A DNA stretch of 64,000 nt from Klebsormidium nitens (taxonomy: Eukaryota; Plantae; Klebsormidiophyceae). The notes beneath the pieces are model-generated. The model saw nothing but the letters and a program-made list of their open reading frames with translations. It searched no databases and was not told the origin of the DNA. Numbering within the stretch: position 1 is the first letter of the stretch; each line of letters opens with the position of its first letter. Shown here piece after piece: positions 1 to 11,231 of this stretch. The position numbers and the translations under genes are program-made. The DNA is taken from contig DF236962.1 of NCBI GenBank assembly GCA_000708835.1, positions 1 through 64,000 of the forward strand, written 5' to 3'.

Positions 1-744
1 GTGTTGCCTTTAAAGTTGGACGTGTTCAGGCTAACAGAGGAGCTGACTGGAGCAACGGAGACAGCTCCAGTTAAGGTGGCCGGACAATCTGCAACCCAAC
101 AGCCTACGGAAGGTAAGCCTAAGGGAAAGTTCCCATAGTATTGTACTGGAATTCATGCATAAATGTTGATCGAACTTCAACATGAATATCCTGCGTCCAA
201 CCTTCCGGGTTGCTTCTACAGGTTCTTTGAGTTCTCGACCACGATACCCGTCAATCCAATCGACGGATGTTGCATCCATTGTCTTACCTAAGCAGACTGA
301 CTAACAGCACTTGCTTTATTTGATGGGGGCTTGAAAGCCTGAGAAGATGTAATCATATCCAAAGGACTTCAGAAAAGGAAAAAGGCCGCTATGGAATCTG
401 TTCTTTGTGATCTGTTCCAAGCCAAACAGCCTGTCCGGCCAAAAAACCCTGATGATTCTTTTTGCTTGTTTAAGTTGCTTTTAGTGCAAACAAAATACTT
501 TCGAAAGGCATGAGCACCTCAAGCCTCTGTCAGGCAGTTCCATATGGTTGGCCAATAGCCTGCAGCTGCTTCTATGATTATTGACAATTTTGCGTCTATT
601 GTCCAGCTCAAGGAAGCCCAAGGAAAGTCAGTGCAAGTGTGCCTCAACAAGTGTCCACTCGAAGTGAGGAAGGTAAGATTAGCCTATCCTTTCAGTCTGT
701 CGTCGTTGGTATTGATGACGTGACAGCGTCTGCAAGAACAAGCA

Positions 745-3700
745 ATGAAGGTGGCAGGATCTCCAATAACGAAGCAGAAAAAGGCACTTGTATCAGACTT
801 TAGCTCAATGGTTAGTAGTCGCACCTTTTATGACCATGCAGCTCTTCAAGAACAACAAGCTCAATCGTACCGTATGTTCCTTCATGTTTCAACAGGGCAG
901 CCCGCAGTTCTAAGGAACATCTTCGTCAAATTGCACACCGGCACAACCGTCTGCTTTTCAGCGTCCTCAAATCAGACCGTGCGGGAGCTCAAGCAGATTG
1001 TTGAGGAGAAAGGAGGTAATGAGCCTCACAGGACTTCTCGTTTGTCAATGTTCCAGACTTGCTGTCAAGTGCCTAGACATTGCCAGGATTGAATCGATCG
1101 GTAAGGTATTGCGTGTAGCTCCATACGCGCCGAGTGCGGCAGTCGGAATCTTGCGGCAGGACCCAGTCTATCTTTCAACCGCATATGCTCTATATGGATA
1201 GAGGGGCGATCCTTCGCTTCTCTTGAAACCCGCGCACTCTTCTACGACTTTCCATTTCCTGCAGGTCTGCCGTGCACAGCACCTCAGGTTCTCCGCATGG
1301 GACCCATCCTCCTGCGTGACGATTGGCTCCTTAGGGAACATGGGCTGGTGGACGGCATTTGCTTGGAAGAAAGTGTGCCGTTGTCTGGTGGCGCGCCTGA
1401 AGCAGGTATGGCATCTGTACCTCCCAACACATCTTACCCAAAGTTGTACACTTGCAACTCTGACCCTGTTTTGCGATGTTTAGATTGATGATCTCAGTGC
1501 ACACTGTATAGAAGAATTTGCCAACTTTGAAGCGGGTTCCAACGGCTTGGTCCTAATCCACTGCAGATCGGAATTCTGACTCTGATGGCGAGCCCCTAGC
1601 AACCTGGGTGAACAAAAAGACCAGGAACGAGAAGTCAAGTAAGTCACAGTACGCGCGGATGCTCTCTGCCGAGAGTGCATCCTCGCATTGGGCACAGCCC
1701 TCTCATGAACGGGCATTACTAGACCGGCTTCAAAGGGTCGATCTCTAAGAGTCTGCACACCTCTTCTTTCCACTGACCTTGAAACTTGCCGGACGATGCA
1801 GGACCAGCGGCGCCGGCTTCAAAAAAAGCAAGGACCGACAAGGGTTCTCACGTGCCCTCGAAGCCCAAACCGGGGGTTGCTGACGCAAGACACGCCCAGC
1901 CTCCCCAGGGTTCGTCAAGCAAGTCTTGCTAGATTCTGCAACTTCTTGAATAGTTGGATTGAAAGGCGTTCATGAGCGATTCATTTTGTGGCCTGTCGCT
2001 GTTGCACCCAAAGCTCTTGTTTACTGCATTGACCTACTTGACAGGGCTTCCAACGCAAGCTTGTCGCTTTTCCAAACCGCTGTGCTTCCTTTCAGCTCGA
2101 ACGGCTCGCACTGAAGCCCAAGGCCAAGGCTCTGAGCTACCTGTCCGACCCGAGCTTGGACGCGGCATGTACGAGACCAGAACCAGGACCTTTCCGCAAG
2201 GTACGACCTACTATCGAAAAACGTACTGATATTGTTGACTGCCAGCAAGCCGCTCATTTTCTGGGATGCTTAGATCCATGGATGCACATGCTCATTCAGG
2301 TCCGAGGACTCAGCTACCTTCAGTCCGATCAGAGATTGAATAGGGTGCGTACGAGATGGATCCGCCCACTGGACAAGGTGCACGCTGGCGCAGGGCGGCG
2401 CGAGATTTGCACTTGAGTCAGGCCAGTCGAGCGACCACTGGGGCCTCCTTCCTGGATTCCTGTGACTTCAAGCTTTCAGTAGATTCATGTGCTTGAGGAG
2501 TGCTCAAAGCCTGTTTCCGACCATCTTACAAACAGGCCGCTTGGCTTGCTTGCTGTGTGCAGATTCTCACAATCCTGCAATCAACTCCGCCGGGGCTAAG
2601 ATCTTCGACCCAGAATATGCCGACCAGCCAAAGTATTTCACGGACATCAACGGCGCTCCTGTCCAATTAGAAGACCTAGAAGCCTTTCTTTGCGGCGAGT
2701 CCAGTGAATGTCATGGAGACCTGGAAGACTGCGACGATGATGACCGTGTCTTTGGTGGCAGGTAATTGCGTCCGCCAATTGACGTAATAGGTCAACTGAG
2801 TCATCAGTGCACCAACGGTTTCCATCTGTAGTGGCACTTTCGCGCGGCTACTTCCCATTCCGAATGTTGTTTACCGGTGGGTGAGAGTTGCTTGCCCTCG
2901 GCTTCTCCGAGATCATTGTCTCTCTCACATGCCGCTACGTACCTTGTCCGTCTGGAAGCAACTCTTTCCGCTTGCAGATTAACTGCGGAACGCCGGAACG
3001 CAATCAATCAAAAACGACAAAATAGTCGGCCGAAGAATACACGCCGCTCTTACTATCCCAAGCTTAAGCACTTTGTGGTGAGTATTGGCTGCAACGGTGT
3101 GAAAAACTTCTTAGGTCGATCATCTGATTCGACTGGTGTTTCAAAGAGGCGTGTTGGACATCGCTGCTCAATGGGCTGCTCGCCAGCTACTCGGTCATCT
3201 GCTCGTCAACTGCTTGACCATTGACTGCTCGCCAAACCCTCGCCAACTGCTTTGGTGCTCATCACGCTCCTCGAGATGTTTCAATGCAGAAGTGGTGCCG
3301 GGAACACGGTCGGTGCATGCCAATACCATTTGCTGATCGGGCTGCTGCTTTCTTGTCGTGGCGGACGAGGAATACGATTGGCCAAGCTGAGAAGGTAACC
3401 ACTCTGCCAACTGTCTGCTTGCGCTTGTCGGCCGTTTGACCAATTTCTAGCCTCACTTTCCCCAAGTGAGTGTCGCTCGACGGGCCACATTCAATGAAGC
3501 ATGACGGCTGGCAGTACGTTGCACGAATCTGATCATTTTTGCCCTCTTGAGGTTGGCCGCGTACTCTGATTGATAAGTCTATGCGTGCTTCCAGATTGAG
3601 TCGAATGCTACCTTCGATATGAATCTTGCCGCTCTCACGGACGCCAAACGACGGCTAGAGGACAATTTCAACTGGGACTTGGGAACCCGCTTATGTGATT

Positions 3701-6700
3701 ACGGGATGATCAAGAATATTGGGGAGAACGTGCGGACAGATGCTGAGCGGGAGAGAGTGGAGTGAGCTGCCCTCCTCTTTTCTCCACTTCTCAGAGCTCT
3801 CTCGATGGTATTAAGTTGGACTAGTGTCTTCTCAAAGACAGCCAGAAAATTGTTGGCGATAAGCCAACGAGATCGTCGTTTCCTTTAGCTCCAGTGAGTG
3901 GAAGAGATAGAATGATGCTTATGCATCTTCATAGGTGTGTGAAAGCACTTGGAGCCGTGCATCAACTTGGAACAGAAATCTTCAAGGCGCCGTCTCAGTC
4001 GTCTTTTGTAGGATGGATCGAAGTTGGGTACTATGAGCTAGTAATTGCGCTTATCTTTTGGCAGGTCGCGCGAGGATCCTCAGCTTAACACTGGAGCCGA
4101 TGCTTTGACAAGAGAAGAATTTGAGAAGTGTTGCGGCTTTCTGGCAGAGAAGGCGAGAGACGAGGCTGCTCTAAGATACGGGTGAGGGCTACTCTGTCAG
4201 CTATGCTGTGTCTTTTCGCATAGGGAGCGCAGGCTGCTTGCAATGAATTTGGCAAGCAGTGAGGTGGTCGACGCAAGAAAATTGCGCGCGCTTGACAAAC
4301 TTGAAGGGTGACCTGTCAGCCTTGAGAGTGGGCTGAGCCGTTTAAGGTGAGCTCGATCTAGCAGGAGCCGATTGCTTTCTAATCTGCTTTCTAATCTGCT
4401 TATTTTTGGTGCAGATCAATGATGAAAGTAGCTCGCCAGGCCATCTTCAGAGGAGATGATCAGCGAGGCGTTCGAATTGCGGACATGTTTTTCCACGACA
4501 TCCCTCTGAAAGCCGTGGGACCAGATCCGTGTGCGTGTCTGTGCATCATCTCCAGGACGGGGAAAACGAACGTGGTAAGGAGCACAAGTCTGCTCTATGT
4601 CCTGTGCTCAAGCATAAGCTTTCCAAGTGGGTCAGACTCAATCCGCCACTTCAATGCTTCAGCCAGCTGGTCACCTTGATCAAATGAGTATTGGCTCCGG
4701 CTAAGCTTCCACGATCTGAAACGTATCGCATGCATCTTTTGTGCTCACATCATCTGCTTCTTTTTACCTTTTTGACAGCAACATAAAGTGGAATATGGAT
4801 TTATGTTCCGCGGGGAGGACTCCAACACTTGTGCCATCGGCGGTCTGGCAAGATATTTGTATCATCGATTCGTGGTGCAAGGAGAACAACCGTTGAAATT
4901 GGTGACTCCTGAGGGCGAACAGGATCCGGATTGGTGAGCAAAGGCGTCGAGTGTAACACCTCAGCATCCTTGCTTCTTGAAAGAGCTTTCTGTCCTTATT
5001 CTGTTGCTCCTTGTTGCTGAGCAGCAATCATTGAGTTCTGTTCGCTGCTTCAAAAGCTATTTGTCCCCGCACTCTGAACCAGTTCAGCTCTACGCGTGGT
5101 ACCGTTTGAGCCTGCTAAGCATCGTGGGGGATGCAAGGCCGATGTCAGACAGATAGTTAACGGAGCACTTCGACTTCCATCATAGAGAAACAATTGCATC
5201 ATCTTCGTCTTACAAATCTGAGTCTCTCTTGCAGGATTGATCGTCTTACTTGGCCGTCTAGTCATCCAAGCAAAACGCAACAGCTCAGCCCAGATGCTCA
5301 TAGCGCGTATGTGAAGGAGGTGTTCAAGAAGAACGAAGTAATCTGCTCAAAGGTCTTACATGCTTTCAGGCCCTCTGCCGCTTTAGAAGCTGCGGTTCAT
5401 GGGTAAGCTGCAGCCTGGGGCGAGCTCCAATCTCTCTGATTGTCTTCACAATGTTGTCTACCGTACCCTGCTAATTTACATGCTTGTAAGCACTTGAAAG
5501 GTATCTGATTAGTTCCCTGTCAGAATTGCGAATTACATGAGGCACGAAAATCGAGCACCTAACCAAAAACCTTCCAACTTATTGCAGGATTTCCTTCGAA
5601 AATATCATGCGAGCAGGTCGTTGGCACTACTCCCAGAATGAAGCCCTTGCTATGTCCTATCTGAGTAGCATTTGCTCCGACGTTGGGCTGGTTTTGGCCG
5701 GGTTTTCCAAGGACGCAAGCTGTCATATCCAACCTCGAAGCTGCTTAAACATAGAAAGAGACTTCCCCGCTTTGTGTGCCTTGGCAAAAAAACAATTGTG
5801 GCCGTGGGTGGAGGCCGAGGAGGAGAAGGTTCGGCAGGTAAGTCTAAAATGAATTTGGGAAATAGCTGTCAATTGAACGCTTCCATTCTACAAGTACACA
5901 TGTGCAAACAGAGGAAGAATCAGTCTAATGTTGCTTGCAAGACCTTCTGATGCGCAGTGGTCAAGAGCAATCTTTGATGGATGTTCGGCTTCGGATGAGA
6001 GGTTTCGAACGGTTAAACAAAAGTTCACTCGCAGTGTCTCTTTTTTTAAAGCAGCACAACAGTCAATGTCGCCCAAAGGACAGATGGGTCGCTGCTGCAA
6101 ACGTTTGCACCATGCTGAAGCGCATGCGGATCATACTGCTCGAAGATGCGGTTTTTCTTACGAACCTGGCTCCTTTCAGTCCGGTTTGTGGGGATCCGCT
6201 TTTCAAAAGGCAAGTCTGAATACTACCTCTCAGTGTGATCGCTGTACAATAGGCCAAGCTTATGATTGAAAACTGCTGGAGTCCTCTTCTCCTTGTGCAC
6301 CAATTTGTAGCTTCACTTGCGCACCAGGTTTGAAGTCTAAACATTAGCACAGAGCGGTGGGCTAGTAGGATGTTAGATGTTGCTGGGCTTTGAGCTTTTG
6401 GTAATCCGTCGTCTGGTGCAGTTCCGAATTTCTCGACTTTGCGGCCAAGCTACGGAACGCTGCTCCACTGCATAAGCAGAAAATGGAGGCGCAGCATTCA
6501 TCTCACACCGGGGTCATTGTGGGTCAGCTTGGAAATTCGATGGTAGGTACCTTGACACCTTTATACGAGTCAGCTAGTATTAGATGGTCAACTTCAACCA
6601 GGACTGAAGTACACCGTTTGAAGCTCGGTGTCCTCAGAAGGAAAGATTGAACTGAGTCAGTTCAGTCCTTCACGTTCATCACCCTCGGTTGCCTAAATTG

Positions 6701-8809
6701 ATTTCTGATTGAACGAGGCAGCTTGTTGCAGTGACTTCTCTACGTAGTGTTTGATCTAGTAGCGCTGTTGTGAGCCAATAGCAATGGAGAAGTGTGAGTT
6801 CAATGGTCTCATTCGGGCACATGTTTGGTTTAAAGGCTCAAGAGCAACAAACCTAGGTTCGAATTGGCAGTATCGAGATTTTCATGGCTCTGCTTTTACG
6901 AGAAGGTGCTGAATAATCCATGATCTCAACGGACTTCAAACATGAGTGAACCCCTATTTGCAGGAACTGGCGTTGGCTCGGCTGAGGGGCAGCCACACAA
7001 GCTTAATGAACGGCCTTCGAAGGCTGTTTAAATGCTTTCAGAATTCCGAAAGTCCTCCTTCAGCGGAAGAAGTTGCGAGTATTGCTCAGCAACAGCTTCA
7101 CGAAGATTTGAACTTTAGCCCATTCAAGACGCCCGAACTGAACCGACAACAGCGTGAGCAGGATTCTCGGCCCAGGAACTTGTTTCCCGATCCGTGCTCA
7201 GAGGAGTTGCGTAGACGCGAACTGACCGGAGCTGTCTCGAGGCTTGCGGAAGCGCAACAAGCAGCTCTAAACCTCTATCACTTGGCAGAGCGGCAGAGCG
7301 CGAGTACTGATCCCCTTGAGTCAGCAAAGGCCGCAGTCACTTTGCAACGGGCAAAGTTACAAGCAGGACTTGCTGACACTCTAGCAAAGAAGGTAGCTCT
7401 CCTTGAGAACTCCACCCCACTTCCCACCTCGACTTCCACCTTCATTCCATCGAGCGCCACGTCTCCCGCAAACCAGCCCTCATCTCAGCCCGCGCCTCAC
7501 GACAACTCGAGTGGTCTGCATTCCGCAGCTGCCGGGATCCACAGTTCTCATGCTTCCTCCCCCATACAGACCCCAACAGTGTTCACGGGAGAAGTTCCGG
7601 AGTCAGCGCCGAGGGGGCCGGAATCAGCCCCCGCTGCCAGGGCTGATGAACGAAGGTCCGACCCCGATCCAGTCAGGCCGGCACGCAAGCCTCAAGCGGC
7701 CCCGGCATCACGTAGAGGTGGCCTCGATGAGTGGGACACCTACCTTCTTCCTTCGAACGTATCTGTCTCAGGTGAATTGCAGCACTTACCTTCAACAGTA
7801 TTGGGAGCCAGGCGTTCACAGTCTGGAAAGAGCTTTGAGGAAGTTACCATCTCAGGTGCATCACAGCACCTACCGTCAAAACTAGTATTGGCAGCCAGGC
7901 TTCTACGGTTTGGAAAAGAGCTTTGATAGTGTTATGAAGATGCTCTCAAGTTGGGTGGAACTTTTTTTCGTTTTCGGTTAGAGGTTCTTGTTTGCACAAT
8001 CTAGATATTCAGACGACCAGTGAAGGGTTGCTACATGTCAGCAGGTTGTTTCTGATGAGCAGCATGTACAGAACATCGAAGCTTTTGGGAGGCAGTACAT
8101 CCGACTGGTCTACACATGCAGCTTCATGCTTCTTTACTTTTGCAGAGATCTGGCGCATCTTTCGAGAAGCTGGGCCAAACGGGAAGCCTTCAATTTTGCA
8201 ACTCATGGTGAGGTGTGGCAATCAGAATCTGTGGTACCACCAAGCCAACACGAAGGAAGGACAGAACAATCGCAAGCACCAGTGGCATGAGAAGTGAGTC
8301 CTACGGCAGTACCCCAAGATCTTTGCTTTAATCTGCTGGCGGTGCCGTTATGCTATCCTCTGTTGCTTTGTTTGCAGCAGCACCGAATGGCAATCCGCTT
8401 GAAAAAGCAGGTGGTACGTACGTGGGTGGCAGATCCAGGTTTGGTAAGGCTTTGCTTCCAATACACGAAATCTGGCCATAATTGCTTAGAGCTTCCCTGA
8501 GTATGATAATTGTGATTCTCTTGACGGTGCAGGTACAAGCCTATTCTGTGGGACATTCTTGCAGACATCACCGACCCCAAGAAACGGCTGACTGCAACGG
8601 CTTCAATTAAAAGACTTGAGGGAATCGAGCAGAAAAGAGAGCTTTCCACCGCTGCACTTGGCAAGTATCTAAATGGTATTTACAAAGATGCTGCAGGCAC
8701 CATAAAAGAATCTGGGAACAAGAAAGCACTTGAAAAGGCAGTCGCTGTGCAAGCTCGAAAAAGTCGAGCTGTGGCTTGGATAGACGATCAGATAAGCAGT
8801 GGACGTTGA
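745..8809 (+). CDS. Crypton-type tyrosine recombinase (NDC10-II/YR-like core plus C-terminal GCR1_C) with an in-frame N-terminal ubiquitin-like domain; ~1225 aa from position 745; probably 5'-incomplete
   Basis: Phase-consistent exon chain: 745-1015, 1265-1405, 1567-1638, 1802-1909, 2045-2200, 2563-2761, 2978-3077, 3290-3394, 3595-3761, 4065-4181, 4415-4574, 4779-4933, 5235-5402, 5588-5837, 6055-6209, 6422-6542, 6964-7771, 8146-8293, 8533-8809. It totals 3678 nt with no internal stop. Crypton-like motifs: RPKNTRRSYYPK..F-KWC; IFRGDDQR (catalytic R); GKTNV-QHKVEYG..R..D..C..GGLARYL..RF; SKVLHAFR (HxxR); RAGRW; AMSYL (Tyr); MRIILLEDAV..P.CGDPLF; SVSEIWRIFREAGPNGKPSILQL (GCR1_C-like). Further candidate exons lie at ~30-107 and ~600-672. 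Confidence 0.85.
919..1392 (+). other. Ubiquitin-like domain split over two exons (919-1015, 1265-1392), ending in Gly-Gly
   Basis: IFVKLHTGTTVCFSASSNQTVRELKQIVEEKG-GLPCTAPQVLRMGPILLRDDWLLREHGLVDGICLEESVPLSGG is 75 aa. It aligns by eye to ubiquitin IFVKTLTGKT...LRLRGG (74 aa from residue 3). Confidence 0.75.
7766..7926 (+). repeat. Diverged tandem duplication (~75 bp x2) that includes a 5' splice site
   Basis: 7766-7838 and 7850-7926 both begin TCTCAG|GTG and end AGAGCTTTGA. Confidence 0.8.
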
Positions 8810-9747
8810 TTTATAGCACGACAAACGCAAACGCTTCCAAAACCTATGCCTCGCCTTGGTTTCCTCTTTTCATGCATGTTTTCACTGACACCGCAACATA
8901 ATTGCATAGACCAACCATTTGACTTTTTGATTTCGGTTAAAGCAAGCTCGAAATATATGCAATGTAAAACCTGCGCTTATGCAGTGGAGCATGAACTGAA
9001 CATCGTTCAAGCCTGCGACCACATGCAGACATATCCAATCAGGTTCAATTGCGTGTATAAGAGCAACGGTTCGATCTTGTCCTCCATCATAGCCTGGCAA
9101 GAGCTTTAGCGCGCATGAATACATGTTGAATTAAGCTGGCTGCCTGAGACAACCAGATCAGTCAATCGAAGGTGAACTTACAACAAAGCAATTGATTACG
9201 CAATTGGGACCAGCTTAACTTCTAACATGTGGGACGAACTGCATGACCATGGTTCATCCGAATCATACTGTATCCGGTTGCATATATTTACGCTCGTATT
9301 GCACCTTCAATACGTCGAGCCATGAACGGTCTTGGGCTATCAATATCAAAGTATCATTCATGTATCTAGGGTTATGCACGCACACATTCACAATTCTGCC
9401 GTTCTGGTTGAGATAATCAATCAGATTATGTAACCTTCGAGTCAATTACCAGGATCAGCAGCATCATGGAAGTGCATACAATACTCGGCCGTGACAGATT
9501 CTGGTATATTTGGAAGGTTATAGAAAGAGCCCTCTTGTTCACCAGTGCGAAACGCAGCACCCGGCCAGTTCCTAAAGGCTTGAGTTTTGAAACCTTAGTC
9601 CCTGCAACGAGTCTGACTTTCCAAGCTGCGCAGTTGGTCCCTGAACGTTTGCACCAGCTGCCTGCTGTCATTGTGCTCAGTAATCCAACTCAGCAGAGAT
9701 CTTACAATATTTCACAATCTTGGAAAAGGGTCGACTGCTCACTTGTG

Positions 9748-9857
9748 ATCTGGATCACCACTGCCTTTGTTTTTTTTTTTTTGTTGGGAAAGACCGTCTA
9801 AGCACGTGCGGCTCATCGGTTGGAGCTCGCAGACTAGCATATCTGGATCACCACTGC
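9748..9857 (-). mobile_element. 5'-truncated non-LTR (LINE/SINE-type) retro-insertion of 76 bp with poly(A) tail and 17-bp target-site duplication
   Basis: ATCTGGATCACCACTGC occurs at 9748-9764 and 9841-9857. A T-rich run (poly(A) on the minus strand) directly follows the first copy. Confidence 0.7.
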
Positions 9858-11231
9858 GTTGACGGGGAATCACAGACAGCAATACTTGGTTTAGAAGTTT
9901 GCGAATTTTGAGGATCAGATTACGAATTCTGTTGAAACAGGCAGAACCTGGTAGCTAGATAAGTTGAGGAGTCGTAAACAGAGGCTTGTGACGTATATTG
10001 AGCTGTACAAGCTGCATCGATCAGCTTGAATGTTTGCAGCTGTACTCAGCAAGCTGCCAGTCACTCATGTGCTGGGTTAGATTCAAGACACTTTCTTTGA
10101 CGTTGAATTTCAATCTGGCTGCTTTTTTAGAGGGCGGGCCAAGGATCTAAGGTGGAAGCTCAAACGAGTGAACGAGTTACAAATAAAAGCTCACCAGGCC
10201 AACCAAGCGGGCCTTCGGCAGCTTTGGTTATGGAAGGCAGGACGAGACCCGGACGAGACCGCTTTCTGGATCTTGAAGCTTGAATTGTGAGTAAATATCA
10301 GCCTTTGAGCTGGTCAAGCTACGTCAATTCACCATCAGCTCTCCCAGCTACTGCATTCTGCAATATACTAGCTGCTAGCACTCAAAGTTCTTTTCACATT
10401 TTCAAGTGACCGAGTAAATTGCAGGTGTGACATTGCGAAGCACAATGCTGACGGAAGGCAGGCTTGATTTGCTGCTTTTCAAGCCTTTTCTAAGCTTAAC
10501 TATCTGTGCTGATGTACAAGATAGGCGACTGCTCGTACTGAAGTACCATCCTTGTCCAGCAACGAATGGCACTGCGGCAGCTGAGCTACCAGCTGCAAGC
10601 TAGCAACTAGGCTTGGCGGTTGCGATGATGCAACTGCAACTGGAGGCTTCCGAGTCCCGACACCTAATACGAAGTTCGAACTTCTCAAACTTTGAGAGAA
10701 TCGGGTTAAATTCTGAGGTTAGTGACGATTGGTCTCCTCTGCATATGGGGGGTGAAGCGAAATAACGAATATGCATAATAGATTGGCCGTCCGATGATGG
10801 TCATCGGACGGTGTGAAGGTCAGAATCCTGCGGTAGCCGCCCGACGGTGGAGCCTCCGCGGAGTTACCGTCCTCCGGAGCCGTCCTCCGGGCGAGGCCTA
10901 CCGTCCGCGCGCCCAGGATAACCATGATTCACCCACCTCGGTGCGATCAGGCGCGAAAGCGGTAGCTGGCAAAGCAGAGACTGAACGTGTTGCAGGGCGC
11001 TCAGGCAAGCTCCCTCGCTTGGCTACATCAGGTCAGGATGGGCGTCTTCTCCTTCTGAAGTGCACACACAATGCTGGCAGCAAATGCCGGAGGTCACTTC
11101 ACAATTCCGTAGTGAGGCCGCAGCAGTCTGTCATGCAGATAACTGCTGGCACCTTGAAACGAAGAGAGCGACGCTTGCTTGAAACTTGAGCGCTGCAAGG
11201 GGTAGGGCCCAGCTCCGCAGGACTTAGCAGC

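Larger units (their letters stand above)
1..10910 (+). mobile_element. Crypton (tyrosine-recombinase DNA transposon, CryptonF-like) or a domesticated derivative; boundaries not determined
   Basis: YR plus GCR1_C architecture with many introns is typical of CryptonF. The left end is probably outside the window. The right end is placed tentatively near the hairpin/CCGTCC cluster before the next host gene. Confidence 0.55.

Noticed and set aside
6850-6875. GGTTCGAAT resembling a tRNA T-loop/B-box
   Set aside because: No cloverleaf or A-box around it.
10508-10610. Plus-strand peptide RRLLVLKYHP resembling a DnaJ motif
   Set aside because: It lacks the HPD motif, the frame is short, and no supporting exon structure was found.
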